Counted from the stretch's first letter, positions 12,167 to 26,932 are shown. The stretch is DNA of 64,000 bases from Utricularia gibba (GCA_002189035.1 CM007989.1:7440001-7504000); one strand, 5' to 3'. Numbers and translations: made by a program. The notes: generated by a model not told the origin, from the letters alone.

Positions 12167-12397
12167 TTATCGTCGGACAGTCGGAGAGTTCCATGGGCCG
12201 TTAAACATTCATTCGGGCCATGATTCTCGGGCCCATTAGGCCCTGTTTGTTTCAGGCTGCTTTTTTTATTTTTTTATTTTTTTTTATCTTGGTTCTGTTC
12301 AAGCTGTAAGTAACTGATTTTCCAAAGCCACTAACCGGCAGCTACCCAGATTCTTAGGATGACCAGGTCTTGGGACCGGCACCGGTGCTGATGTTCG

Positions 12398-14590
12398 ATG
12401 CGTACGCGGGGGCTGAAAAGAGGGCTGAGAAAGAGCTCTTCCGATTCAAAGGCGCGTGATCTCGTCAATAGTGATATGGTGCTTGGTTCGCCGTGGCTGC
12501 ATTCCACTCGGGCGATTGTTCCTTTGATGATTTCGGGTGGTTTGCTTCTGTGCCTTGTATTTTTTGTGAAGATTTCTTTCAGCAAGGAGAGCGCGGTTGC
12601 TTCGGAGTCGATTACGGGTCAAATTCATGGCGTCCAAGTTGTGAATGAATTTCCTCATGATCCTCGTGCCTTTACCCAGGTTTTATTTTCTTTGAATCCG
12701 ATTGCGTTTCTACCCACTCGGGGAATCAGATGAAATTCATAATTTCTTGATTATCTTTCAAGTAAAAAGAATGGTGGGTGCAGGGCCTGCTGTATGGTGG
12801 AAAGGATACCTTGTACGAATCTACTGGGCTGAATGGGCGTGTGAGTTTGCTTCTGTCTTTGTAATATTTTGACTCTAGTAAAATGATTTTCGAAAAGCAT
12901 ATGATTTGTTCTGCATTTGCAACTTGTATTCTTGTATGTGGTGTACCAGATGTATTTTCACACTGATGGTTAAATTGGTCTAAATTCAAGTTGAAAATGA
13001 ACATTCATCTGACTCCTGTAAATTTTTCATATCTGAGATTGCAGTCATCTGTTCGAAGAGTTGCTCTTCAAACAGGGAAGGTACAGATTCTTCCACTTTT
13101 TCTGATTTTTATGGAAGCATCAACTTGAAGCTGAAGTATTGTTACTAAATGTATAACAGAAAGCTTGGTCTAGGGTAATGAGTGTGGAAAACTTGTTTTC
13201 TTTGCAAACAGGTTCTCGACATTCATGAAATGCCCAACAAATACTTTGGCGAGGGTTTGGCACTTCTAAATGGCAGGTGCTTCTGCAAGTTGATGTTTTG
13301 CATAACTAGTGGAGTATCTAGTAATTTGGTGCACGTACTTTCTTTGTAGGTTGTTTCAGGTCACATGGTTGTCAAAAACTGGCTTTATATATGATCGCAG
13401 CAATTTGAGCGATGTTTGTGCTACATCTTTAGCCATCACTTTCTTGTTATTTTTCGTCTCATGATGTTTCCTCTGTTTGAGTTGCTACCGGAATGCATTA
13501 TTCTGTATATATTTGTAGAATAGTCACTCACTAGCAAAGACTTGAATTGAAATTACACGCATATATGCAGATCAGAACATTCCCTAACGAAATGCAAGAT
13601 GGATGGGGTTTAGCAACTGATGGAAAGATTTTGTTTGGAAGTGATGGGACTTCAACCTTGTACCACATTGACCCCGAGTCCTTCAAAGGTTTTACTATTT
13701 AAAATGTGTTTGCTGGGCTGTTTCTCCAATCAGTGTGTCAACCAAGTATTTGAATTGATATGAAAACCACTGTTATCCTATCTTATTCTATGTTGTGTTT
13801 TTTATGCAGTATTGAAAAAGCACACTGTCATGTACAATGGGCATCAAGTATACAATTTAAACGAACTTGAATATGTCAATGGTGAAGTTTGGGCAAATAT
13901 ATGGATGGTATGTACCAACTTCCACTCCCCATTTTCACGATCTGCAACCATGTATTTAGCACTAAAATTCTTTCCCATCCCAACTCTGTGTGACTCATTG
14001 AGGAGTCAGTGTAGGTTCTTCATGGATCACATATAGTTGATACAAAATTCATGACATCATGATCTGTGCACGTTTATCTCCAGACAGATTGCATTGCAAG
14101 AATATCGTACAAGGATGGACTTGTCCTGGGTTGGATACACTTGCCAGAACTGAGGTCTAGCCTTCCTTCTCCTCATGCCCTGTAACATCTAAAATTTTTC
14201 AGCAGCTAAATCTATTGCAATCCATCAACAGGGAACGTTTGGTAGCAACTGGGAACACGGTACCATCTCCCACCTTCCGGGACATTAACTTTCATAGAAT
14301 GTCACCTTACATTACTGCTGGATTTTTCAGGGGATTGATGTATTGAACGGCATAGCATGGGATCAAAAAAGGAACCGTATATTTGGTAATTAGATCTTGA
14401 GGATCTTTCCCAGCTTCTTTCATACTTGTTCATCATTGTGATAGTAAGAGCTCTGTACTTCACTGCAGTCACGGGAAAGCTTTGGCCAAAACTATATGAA
14501 ATCAAACTGCAACCACTGAAGAAGCCTCCCAGGAGCCAGGATATCCAGAAGCTCTGCATGCCCCCGCCCTTCGATTTCCAAAGACCGTAG
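12398..14590 (+). CDS. QCT: Glutaminyl-peptide cyclotransferase (plant type II QC), 10 exons
   Basis: N-terminal signal-anchor, then VVNEFPHDPRAFTQGLLY, LYESTGLNG, YFGEGLALL, DGWGLATDGK, LNELEYVNGEVWANIW, IDVLNGIAWD and VTGKLWPKLYEIKL. Confidence 0.96.
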
Positions 14591-15600
14591 CCAAGTTTCA
14601 GATGCACTGCACTGTTGTACTTCATGATCGGCTCTGTTACCGATGACCATGTATGTATCTACTTCACAAAATTCATCTCCATTTCAATGCAAATTTTGTT
14701 CAGGGAATCGAGAGCCTATTGGAGGCAAAGCTAATTGAAGTGACCCGGACGGGTTGAGCACATCGACCCGGATCCGTATTCACCAGATTTACAGAATGTA
14801 TTCTTGATTCGGTGGGTTCCATCCATAACTTTACCTCAATATTCACAAATAGGTCCTCAATAATTTTTATAAATTATTGAAAGAAGCCATCCTTGCCCCT
14901 TGGAACGTGGATAATAGAGGTATCTTCAATTAGCTTTGTCCCCACAAATTATATGTATTTTCATTTTGGGCCCCAAGTAAATGGATTCCCGATTCTACCC
15001 TTCCGTCGTCAACTGAAATTGGTCTCTTCACGCCGCCCGCAATGTCATGTGAGTTCAGTTATTGTTCTTCTCTTGCCCACGGGACATTAATAGCCTCGAC
15101 TCAATCAAGCATCTTGCACTCTTTTTTTTTTTTCCGGTTGTAGGTGGAGGTTGGCGATCCACGGTAGGTTTGATCGGAACTTTGTTGTGCGGCTGTTTCT
15201 TGTGTGGGTACTGGGTAGAATTCGAGATTTTTGGATCGGGTGTTTCGGGATTGGATTCTGTTTTTTTTCTGTCTAATTTTGTGGGGGAATCTGAAAATTG
15301 ACATCTATATCTAGAGTTCAATTGCTCACCGTGGAAATTCAAAGTCCGGAGCGTTCAGATCTGCTGTCTCCTTTGTTTCTGATTTGTTTTAGGGGACGGA
15401 GTGCTTAAAGTGTGTAGCTTTTGCCCATTTTTTGATATGACGAAAGTGGAGCTGATTTACCCACATAATGGAACAACAATTGTTCATGCTCCTCTCTCTT
15501 GAAAATGTAGTTCGTATATTTCTTCATTCTACTTCATGTGATAACATTTTGACTTATTCTTGCACAGAGTTGTATCCATAAAGGCAGGAAGACCCTAATA

Positions 15601-15729
15601 ATGATGGACGAAAGATCTATGTTTGGGTATCATTTGTCGCTTTTCTTATCTCCCATTATCTCTGTATGGGAATGGAGTGTCCGGAAAATGAGTTATTCCT
15701 GTGTACCTGAGTGGGTGGGTGTAAGATAG
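15601..15729 (+). CDS. Conserved-peptide upstream ORF (42 aa) in the leader of the At5g52550-like gene
   Basis: MMDERSMFGYHLSLFLSPIISVWEWSVRKMSYSCVPEWVGVR* ends 160 nt before the main ATG. From memory, its C-terminal half resembles the CPuORF family described upstream of Arabidopsis At4g25670/At4g25690/At5g52550. Not verified by search. Confidence 0.7.
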   Translation: MMDERSMFGYHLSLFLSPIISVWEWSVRKMSYSCVPEWVGVR

Positions 15730-15889
15730 TTTGTGGCAGTTTTCAGCGTTTGGTCCGCATTTTTATTGATATAACATGTATAAGGGAATGGAACCATCTG
15801 GATATTTTAGGTAGTGTATACTGTGCCATAATATTCCTAGGCTAGATAGGAAATATAGGAAAGAGATTGTGGAAAGTGGACAAGATTAC

Positions 15890-16486
15890 ATGGAAGAAGG
15901 GGTCAAGGTAGCAACTGTGATTAAGAAAACAAAGAAAAAGAAGGTGAAACATGATTTTGATCGGATTAAACAAGCAGAGAAAAAGAAGAGGCGTTTAGAG
16001 AAAGCTTTGGCTACATCAGCTGCAATTTGTTCTGAACTTGAAAAAAAGAAGCTGAAAAAGAAGGAACAAGAGAGATTAGATAAGGAAGGAGCTGCAGTTG
16101 CTGAAGCGGTTGCATTGCATGTGCTGGTTGGTGAGGACTCGGACGGTGATTCATATAACATCGTGGCGAAGAATGGATCACCCCCTGGTAATTTTGCTAG
16201 CAGCAACATTGGGATCATTGCTCGGGGGCATCTTCCTCCGGTTCCATCCCCAGATCAGCCAACCTATCTCCATGAGAATCTTCGATGGCCATCTGATCCT
16301 TACACTTCCTTGGTTTTGTCTCAACCTTTCGCTAGGTACTTCTGCCATCAGCTTCTGGGTGAGGGAGAATGTTGGGGATCCATTGGCATGTCTCCTGATC
16401 ATCTTGTTGCTCAGGCTATTTCATCCCTTCAAATAGCTGATGATGCATCAGTGGATGCATGCGCATTCAACCAGTTTTTGGGATGA
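15890..16486 (+). CDS. Uncharacterised plant protein (At5g52550/At4g25670-like, 'stress response NST1-like'), single coding exon
   Basis: RIKQAEKKKRRLEKALATSAAICSELEKKK...ERLDKEGAAVAEAVALHVLVGEDSD and the C-terminal LVAQAISSLQIA motif. First ATG is at 15890. Confidence 0.85.
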   Translation: MEEGVKVATVIKKTKKKKVKHDFDRIKQAEKKKRRLEKALATSAAICSELEKKKLKKKEQERLDKEGAAVAEAVALHVLVGEDSDGDSYNIVAKNGSPPGNFASSNIGIIARGHLPPVPSPDQPTYLHENLRWPSDPYTSLVLSQPFARYFCHQLLGEGECWGSIGMSPDHLVAQAISSLQIADDASVDACAFNQFLG

Positions 16487-17013
16487 GAAGTAATCATTAT
16501 TCATTGTCTTGTTCAGGGTGCACAACTGCGCTTCTAGACTGTATGTTGGTTGTTCCATCTTAATTTGTATTCTGTTGTATGTTCATCGTCACTGTTCACT
16601 TTCAGAAATGGAATTCGCACCGTGAAACCACTGCTTCCTGACTACTGATATACGCATCGTCAAAAAGAAATCTCACCCACAGGAAACAATGCTAAGAGTT
16701 GAGAACGATACCAGGAAAAGAAAATATAATACTGCAGCGGGTTTTAGACAAGGCCATAGATTCAGTTTACTGGGTGACGCACAAGGGGTTGCCTGATGCA
16801 GTGAACATCACGAAGAGGATTAGGAAGAAGCAAGCATAAACTTCTGTATACTTAAATTGGGGCATTCTCAGACTAGTAAAGAAAGCACCAATGGCGAATA
16901 TCTTGGTACTAAAAACACAGAAGTCACCCGCAACTACACTTAAAAAAAATGTTCTGAAATGAGGCGCAATAGTGAGGTCAGACATCCAGCCAGAAGATTC
17001 AGAGCTTTCATGT

Positions 17014-19103
<2,090 letters not shown>

Positions 19104-19200
19104 CTCTGCAGACCTGAGAAAGAACACCGGAGAGTACGCGAGAGTGAACAAAACTCCCGGCGGGCGGCTGGAATCCCTAGGGCTTCTACCTCTTACCACG

Positions 19201-19315
19201 CCTAGGGCTTTAAATAAACTTCCTTACCCCATTTTCATCAAAGGCCCATTAGTCCCCATACTCCATTTTCTCAATCAACCCAATTTCAAAACCCTAATAA
19301 GCCCATCAAGGCCCA
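19201..19315. promoter_or_regulatory. Telo-box and site II elements in the fibrillarin promoter
   Basis: AAACCCTAA at 19289-19297, GCCCA/GGCCCA at 19301-19315, GGCCCA near 19243 and CTAGGGCTTT near 19202. This combination is typical of plant ribosome-biogenesis genes. Confidence 0.65.
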
Positions 19316-20705
19316 AATACCCCGTCCAATTCCAAAGCCCAGTCTCATTTTAGCAGCGCTTCTGCTACAAACCTCTTCTTCTTTTGGCAGCGTATGCAAC
19401 TGATTCTTTGTCGGATTGCATTTTAAGCAGCACACTAGAAAAAAATCGAATTCAGACCATAAATTTTGTTCCTTTCTTGCACACACTACACGTGAACCCA
19501 ATTTCATAACACCCCTTAACCGCATCAGAACCTAAATGCATTTGGTAAATAGATACAGATTTGGAACAACACACAGGAATCCAGTGGAATGCAGCTGGAC
19601 AAGGTAACGTGGATTCATGGTAGTTCATGTAATAAAAGTGGCTACTTTTCTCGCAGTCTCCTAACATAAATGGGTTGTCGGGTTAGTAATTGAGGGAACT
19701 CAGCAGCCATCAGTTATCGTGTTGTTCCTGGCCGCAAAGTTAGATCCCCAACCAGCTTTCAGGCATCTAACGTCCAATTGATTGAAGTTCTGGTAAGAGT
19801 TGAACAGGAGTTTGTGGTCACTCTCTTCAGAGCTTCTTACGCTGCCGGAATCACAGACAAGGAGAACCACCGGCAAAGAGGAGAGGAGCAGCCAGATGGA
19901 TGGGTACGTGGGCTTGAACGTAACTTGGAACGGTTAGAAATTATGTTATTAGAATGTATTTGGTACATGAATAAATTATAATAGATATAAGATGATATAT
20001 ATAAAAATGAGATATATAACAGTATAATTTTATTCAAATCTCTATTATTATTTTTTTATATTCATAGAATAAATTATTGTAAATATAATTTATTAAATCT
20101 ATCAAAATTATATTTTTTTTCCATTTAATATCATATTTATACTTTTTACCAAACATAATCTTAGAGAATATGTGTGGAATCCGTATTATTAGTTAAAATT
20201 CATTTCAATTAGTTTATATAGAATGTATTACATAAATTTTGATGACATTAAGAATAAACTTTTGAGTTTACCAAGAGACTCACAAATCCAGAAGGCTACG
20301 CAATAGATGTGCAGATTCGATACCAAAATATTCTGACGCTCGTGTGTATGCTGCTCAATATAACGTTTTTTTATCTCAATCCGATTAAGATTAGACATAT
20401 ATATACATATATATTCAAAGTGTTCAACTTATTTCTACAGATCAAGATCGTGTTATTAATCAAACTCTTTCAATCCTGGGGGATCTAGAAGTTATTTAGA
20501 ACAACATGTATGTATAGTTGAGTTTTTGATCGTTTTCTAAGTTTTGTATTCAATTTACAACAAGAACATGATTGTATGATGGTTTGGGGTTAGTTTTCTG
20601 GGTAAAAGAATCCCGTGTTGTCAACTCCCATCCAACTCAACCCATCCCTACGGTTAATGCAACACGATAGTCATAAATGATCCACAACCACACTCGCGTA
20701 ACGCA

Positions 20706-20737
20706 TAAATGCAGAGGCATCGCACCCATTCTATAAA
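20706..20737 (+). promoter_or_regulatory. L1 box and TATA box of the DCR gene
   Basis: TAAATGCA (HD-ZIP IV L1 box consensus) at 20706-20713 and TATAAA at 20732-20737, about 90 bp before the ATG of a cutin-pathway gene. Confidence 0.55.
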
Positions 20738-20824
20738 GTCACTCTTCTCTTCTCTACTGCTCAATGCACATCATATACTGCACTCACCATTCGTCTTCTT
20801 CAATACACATTCGGTACTCTTCCC

Positions 20825-22517
20825 ATGGCGGGTGGTGACCTCGAGACCAACGCGCCGGCGGCCGTGAAAACCCTCACGACAACCAATGTGAAGCCCAAGA
20901 AACCAGTCGGGTCAAAGGAGTGCCAATTAGTCACCTTCGATCTCCCCTATCTGGGCTTCTTTTACAACCAGAAGCTTCTGATTTACAAGGGCTGCGACAA
21001 CTTCGATGAAATCTTTCAGGGTCTCAAGGACGGGCTCGCAGTTGTCCTGCAGGAGTTTTATCAGCTCGCTGGGAAGTTGGATAAGGATGAAGATGGGATT
21101 TTCAAGGTGGTGTATGATGATGAAATGGAGGGTGTCGAGATCGTCTCCGCCGCCGCCCCTCAGCTGGAGGTGGCGGAGCTGACGGCGGAGGAAGGCACTT
21201 CCAAGTTCAAGGAATTGTTGCCTTACAACGGCGTTTTGAACCTGGAAGGGATTCACCGGCCGTTGCTGGCGGTGCAGGTAAATGCTCTTTCTTCTTCGGT
21301 GTGTATTTATTGCATGTCACCAACCCCTCCCTTTTGACCTTTTTTTTTTCTTTTTTTTGTTACTAATATAATTAATTATTAGAATATTTTGTTGGGAATT
21401 ATTTATTATTTCTGTCGGTGGTTCTTATCGCCTGTGAAGTTTGTGTTATATGCATCATTAGAACATCAATGCATTTGTGGGGCTTTGGGGAGACATTTTT
21501 TTTAAAAAAATTATAATACATTTAATTGCATTAATTTATCAATTTTATTATATGAACAATAATTATGTTATTTTATTTTATTTTATTGCATTATTTGGCA
21601 TTTACTCTCTGCTGCAACGCCAGCTCACGAAGCTGAAGGACGGTCTGGCGATGGGCTGCGCGTTCAACCACGCGATCCTCGATGGGACGTCTACGTGGCA
21701 CTTCATGAGTTCATGGGCCGAAGTATGCAACGGTGCGGATGCAATCTCTGGCCCACCGTTCCTGGAGCGCACCAAGGTGCGTAACACCAGAGTGAAGCTG
21801 AATCTCTCCAAGCCTTCCGACGCGCCGGAGCACGCCAACGCCGTGGCGAACGGCGGCGACGCGGAAGTAAAATCGAAGCCCACTCTCCGAGAGAAGGTAT
21901 TCAAGTTTCCCGGGACCGCAATTGAGAAGATCAAGGCCAAAGCCAACGCTGCGGCACCGGAAAAGCCCTTCTCCACATTCCAATCCTTGTCGGCACATAT
22001 CTGGCAAGCCGTCACCCGCGCCCGCGGCCTCGTCCCGGAGGACTACACCGTTTTCACCGTGTTCGCCGATTGCCGGAAAAGGGTATCCCCTCCGATGCCG
22101 GATGCTTATTTTGGAAACCTGATCCAGGCAATTTTCACCGTGACTGCCGCGGGCCTCATCATCGCCCCCCCCGGAATTCGGCGCCGGTCTGATCCGTACA
22201 GCCATCGAAGCCCACGACTCCGCAGCCATCGAGAAGAGGAACACAGAGTGGGAGAGCCAGCCGATCATCTTCCAGTACAAGGATGCCGGAGTGAACTGCG
22301 TCGCCGTGGGAAGCTCACCCCGGTTCAAGGTTTACGATGTAGACTTCGGGTTCGGGCGACCGGAGTCTGTCCGGAGCGGGCTAAACAACCGATTTGATGG
22401 GATGGTGTACCTGTATCCAGGGAAATCCGGGGAACGAGCATCGATGTGGAGATAAGCTTGGAAGCTTCGGCCATGGAGAAACTGGAGCAGGACAAGGAGT
22501 TCTTGATGGAAGCATGA
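20825..22517 (+). CDS. DCR: BAHD acyltransferase DCR/PEL3 (cutin). Exons 20825-21277 and 21624-22517, with an apparent frameshift at a C8 run (22165-22172)
   Basis: VTFDLPYLGFFYNQKLLIY, RPLLAVQ|LTKLKDGLAMGCAFNHAILDG (HxxxD), YFGNLIQAIF; then in another frame PEFGAGLI...KDAGVNCVAVGSSPRFKVYDVDFGFG (DFGWG-like)...DKEFLMEA*. Confidence 0.93.
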
Positions 22518-24806
22518 AGAGACTATTCAGTCACCCTCCTCGTTCTTGCATTTCCAATTCCTGCGTCGTGTAGTTGCAGTTTCATGCCCTTGTGTTGTGT
22601 GCTGCTACCTGAGATAACTTTTCCGATCGACAACTTGTGGATTGTTGTGGTCGTCGCCCCAACTCCCAACATCAGAAGCTCTCACTCTCCTCAGTTTCGG
22701 AAAACGACCAAGTCCTGTCTGCGCAGGAGCCTACCCGATGGACACCAGGAATCGACGTCCAACCACCCGCCAACTCCCGAAACCCCTAGGCGCCCGTCAT
22801 CAATCACCCCATCCCAATTGAAAAAGAATCAGGAAAAGCGCTAATGGGAGTTCGGCCCATCATGGTCTGGGTCTGGGTCACTGTAAACCGCCACCGGTCA
22901 ACCTACCTACCATGTCCAATCCAGCGAAAACTATCATCTCTTGGTCTATGAACGTAGACACAAGTCTCACTAGTAACCTCCTAGCTCAATGAAGTTGAGA
23001 TTAGGCTACATGAGTCAAAACGTATTGCATAATGTAACGATTCACATCTAAATTGTTGGTTTCGAAACCAAATTCTCATTATTTTACGTTTTTTTCATCT
23101 TTGATCTATTTTTCTAAAATGTTACTCATTCTCACTTTAAACCAAGATCAACATGCTTAACTTTTTAATTCCTATCAAGTAGCTTCCCTCGTGCTTAGGA
23201 AAAAGATTCATACAAAACTTGTATAGGTATTCTCCTCAATCTCATCATCTCATCTATTCGTAATTAATGTGGTATTCATATAAGACTATTTCTCGAGTGG
23301 GGCAACAGAGAATAAGCCCTTCCTCCGGTGGAGGCATCATAGGATAAGACGATGAATGAGATCTCTCAAACATAGATCTATAATATTTTGAATATGTTAA
23401 AATATTATATTTTGTAAATTTATGACAATTCACTTATGTTCCCAAATTTGAGCAGATGTTTCTATTGTGAAACTTTTTAGAAAAAATAGTGAACTTCATT
23501 TATATTTTCACACTATTTTATTTTACGATTTTGTTTTTGATCACTTGATATATTGATTTATTCAATTCTAGCGAAATCAATTACCTCTTGTATTAAGCAA
23601 CTTCGATTTTTTTTTTTCCAATTATCAAATTTTTTATTTTATTTTTATTACAACATCATAATACCTCGGGGGTGGGCATGGAGTTTGGTCTCGTCATGGG
23701 CAGCCAGAAAAGTGCCAAGTGTGTTGCGTAATGGAACTTTCCTCTTGATTAGAGCACCGGAAATTGAAGCCATATCTTGACAGGAGCAACGTGCTCTCGC
23801 CAGGGACACGGTGGCCAACTGGACGGCTGCGAATGAACGCAGCACCCACAAGCGCAGAAGCCTCCCCAGGGACTCGCCTCCACTGGAAGCACCAATCAAA
23901 TTCACTTTTGCCTTCCTCCCTTCCACCCACGCTGCCCCCATTTTTCAAACGCAGTCAAAAAGTATCTAAACGACCAGCCAAAATGTTTGGATACCCGAAT
24001 TCCAGAACTCAACACAAATGTACGCATCACACTGAAGCGTTTTTGACAACGCGCTATGCACGTGAAGGGGGAGATATCAACCGTTCATAATATTATTGTT
24101 TTTGTTGAAATTAATTATTTAATAAATAGTACAATCACGTGTGAAATTTAATTATACAATAAGTATACATGGAATTAAAAAAATAGATATAATCATAAAA
24201 TTTATTATATAATTAAGTATTTATTTTAATTTTTCGATGTATGATTATTTATTTTAATACTCATTCTTAAGTCAAATGGGTTTTTTATTCTATTAAAACC
24301 TATTTTTTTGTGATTTTAGATATTATTTGAATCATAATTCATCTCTTAAATTATTTTGTCACCTAGATCTAATTCATCTTTTTTTTTAACCAAAATTCAG
24401 ATCATTATTAAACACACCTTGGCTACTCAAATCATGACATGAGACAAACCTGCTATTGAAATTGCGTATAATGAATTAGATGAATACATGTGAAATCTAA
24501 ATATACAGTAAACATATATTATATTTTAAAAAAATTAAACTTAATTAATTATTATTAATTTATAATTTATTATATAATTGAACTTTTTAATTTAATTTCT
24601 CGATATTGAATGGTTTGCTATAATAATTTTAACGTCACAATTTTCAGAATAAGAAATAAATTTGTGGGGTAGTTTGGTAAAATAACAACAGAGCCATGCG
24701 GACGACACGTTCTACTTCTATATATATACATTAGGCAAGGACGTTCTGGCTCGCTTGCTTCACCTCTAGAAGGGCTGTAGAAATTTCTGTGGAAGAAAAA
24801 GCTGCG

Positions 24807-26932
24807 ATGGCGATCTGCACTCTCACTGGCTTGCTGAGCCACGTTTCCCAAACCTTTGGTTCACGGAGAGCGATCTCCGTTTCGGGGAGATTCGATGTAA
24901 CGCATTCGCGGTTACGCCAGCTCGTCGATGGCGCGGCGGCGCAGCTCCTGGAAGCAGGCGTCAGGCCTGGGGATGTTGTCGCGATCACCTTTCCTAATAC
25001 GGTTGAGGTATGATCTCGTCGGATTTACGTTAATTCTGGATCGGATTTTTAAAATTTTGCTAGTTGGTTCCTCACTTTTTGTGGATCGTTAGGTATGAAG
25101 TTGGCGGGATTTTTTTACATGACGGAAATGTGATTTTTGTTTGTCGTTAGGAGTTTTAATTGGGAAATGGATGGAAATTGCAATTTCGAGTGCAACAATT
25201 CTGTGTTGTGTATTGAATCGTGGATTATTTTCGCAGTTTGTTGTGATATTTTTAGCAGTGGTTCGGCTCCGGGCAACGGCAGCGCCGCTGAACGCTGCCT
25301 ACACTGCCGACGAATTCGAGTTTTATCTCTCCGATTCCGAGTCAAAATTTCTTATAACATCAAAAGAAGGGAACTCGGAAGCGGAATTTGCCGCCGTGAA
25401 GATCAATATTCCTCATCTCTCTGCATCGCTACCTCATGCCGACTCGGAGGTAGTTCTTTCTCCCGCAGTATCCGAAGTTGGCACCGCTGCCATCGAAAGA
25501 ATCATCAATGATCCATCAGATGTGGTTCTCTTTCTCCATACTTCCGGGACCACGAGCCGGCCTAAGGGGGTACCTCTTACTCAACACAACTTATTTTCAT
25601 CGGTGCAGAACATAAAATCTGTCTACAAATTGACGGAGGTAGACTCCACAGTGATTGTATTGCCTCTGTTCCACGTGCATGGTTTGGTTGCAGGGCTGTT
25701 GAGTTCACTAGCTGCAGGGGCCGCTGCTGCCCTGCCTGCGGCTGGGAGATTTTCAGCTTCAACCTTTTGGTCAGATATGAACAAACACAACGCCACTTGG
25801 TATACAGCTGTTCCCACAATTCATCAGATCATACTCGATCGCCATCTTAGCAGCCCGGAGCCCGTTTACCCGAAGCTTCGGTTTATACGTAGCTGCAGTG
25901 CATCTTTAGCCCCTTCAATTCTAGCTCGGTTGGAGGAGGCATTTGAGGCTCCTGTTCTGGAAGCTTATGCCATGACTGAAGCCTCCCATTTGATGGCATC
26001 AAATCCATTGCCCGAGGAAGGGTCACATAAGCCAGGATCTGTGGGTAAGCCTGTCGGTCAGGAGATGGCTATTTTGGATGAAAATGGTGCTTTGCAAGCA
26101 GCCGATGCCAATGGAGAAGTATGCGTAAGGGGCCCGAACGTCACCAAGGGATATAAAAATAACTTGGAGGCTAATAAATCAGCCTTTCAGTTTGGATGGT
26201 TCCATACAGGGGACTTGGGGTACTTGGATTCTGATGGATACTTGCATCTTGTGGGAAGAATCAAGGAACTGATCAACCGTGGAGGTATGAAACCTATATT
26301 GCTTTCCTGCATGTTAGTTTCATGGAATTCCTACCCTACGCATTACTAAAGCTGTGAGTTTCTGCTTTCTCCATGTGATCCTTCTGTCCCCACCCCAGAA
26401 ACTTCTCCGAAGGTTCACAGATTGTGATGGCTTTTCCATCCACAAAAAAGAAAAGAAAACAGACTCCATAACCTGCATGAAATGAATCATTACTTGTGTG
26501 TTGGCATACATGACAGACAACCGGGTATTTTCTTTTGTAGGTGAAAAGATATCACCAACTGAAGTTGACGTTGTCCTTTTGTCTCACCCTGATATCGCCC
26601 AAGCTGTTGCTTTTGGCGTACCGGACGAGAAATATGGAGAAGAGGTGAGAAGCTTGTCTCTACTTCCTCATCGTTTCCGGTTTTCCATTCCCGTTTTCTG
26701 CAAATGTGCTAACAAATCACTGGTGCAGATTAACTGTGCTGTAATCCCAAGAGATGGATCAGATCTCGATGAGAAAGAGGTCTCTAGATTCTGCAGGAAG
26801 AACCTAGCGGCTTTCAAGGTCCCCAAGAAGGTTTTCATCACTGCTTCATTCCCAAGAACGGCCACCGGGAAAATCCTCCGCCGCACCGTGGCCGAGCACT
26901 TCATCAAACAGTCCCAAATCCCTGTAGCGTAA
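24807..26932 (+). CDS. AAE3: Oxalate--CoA ligase / acyl-activating enzyme 3. Exons 24807-25007, 25237-26284, 26541-26644, 26729-26932
   Basis: AAPLNAAYTADEFEFYLSDS, LFLHTSGTTSRPKGVPLTQ, LPLFHVHGL, LEAYAMTEASHLMASNPLP, GWFHTGDLGYLD and FPRTATGKILRR. Confidence 0.96.

Noticed and set aside
12359-12460. Short upstream ATGs before QCT (MTRSWDRHRC*, MFDAYAG...); likewise MEDVEKICCVSA* near 49990 before inhibitor-2
   Set aside because: The TSS is unknown, no conservation is recognised, and such short ORFs are expected by chance.
19824-19842. GTGGTCACTCTCTTCAGAG resembles a miR156 target or miR156 fragment
   Set aside because: The match is partial, there is no SPL gene context and no fold-back partner is visible.
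22600-22900. GC-rich stretch downstream of DCR with an 86-aa ORF and C/D-like words on the minus strand
   Set aside because: No terminal stem, no recognisable rRNA guide, no match to U3, 7SL or MRP as I recall them, and no protein motif.
22975-23010. TAGCTCAATG (tRNA A-box-like) hairpin; also GGGTTCGACCC at about 63248-63258
   Set aside because: Neither has a matching partner box or a cloverleaf, so neither is a tRNA or a supportable SINE.
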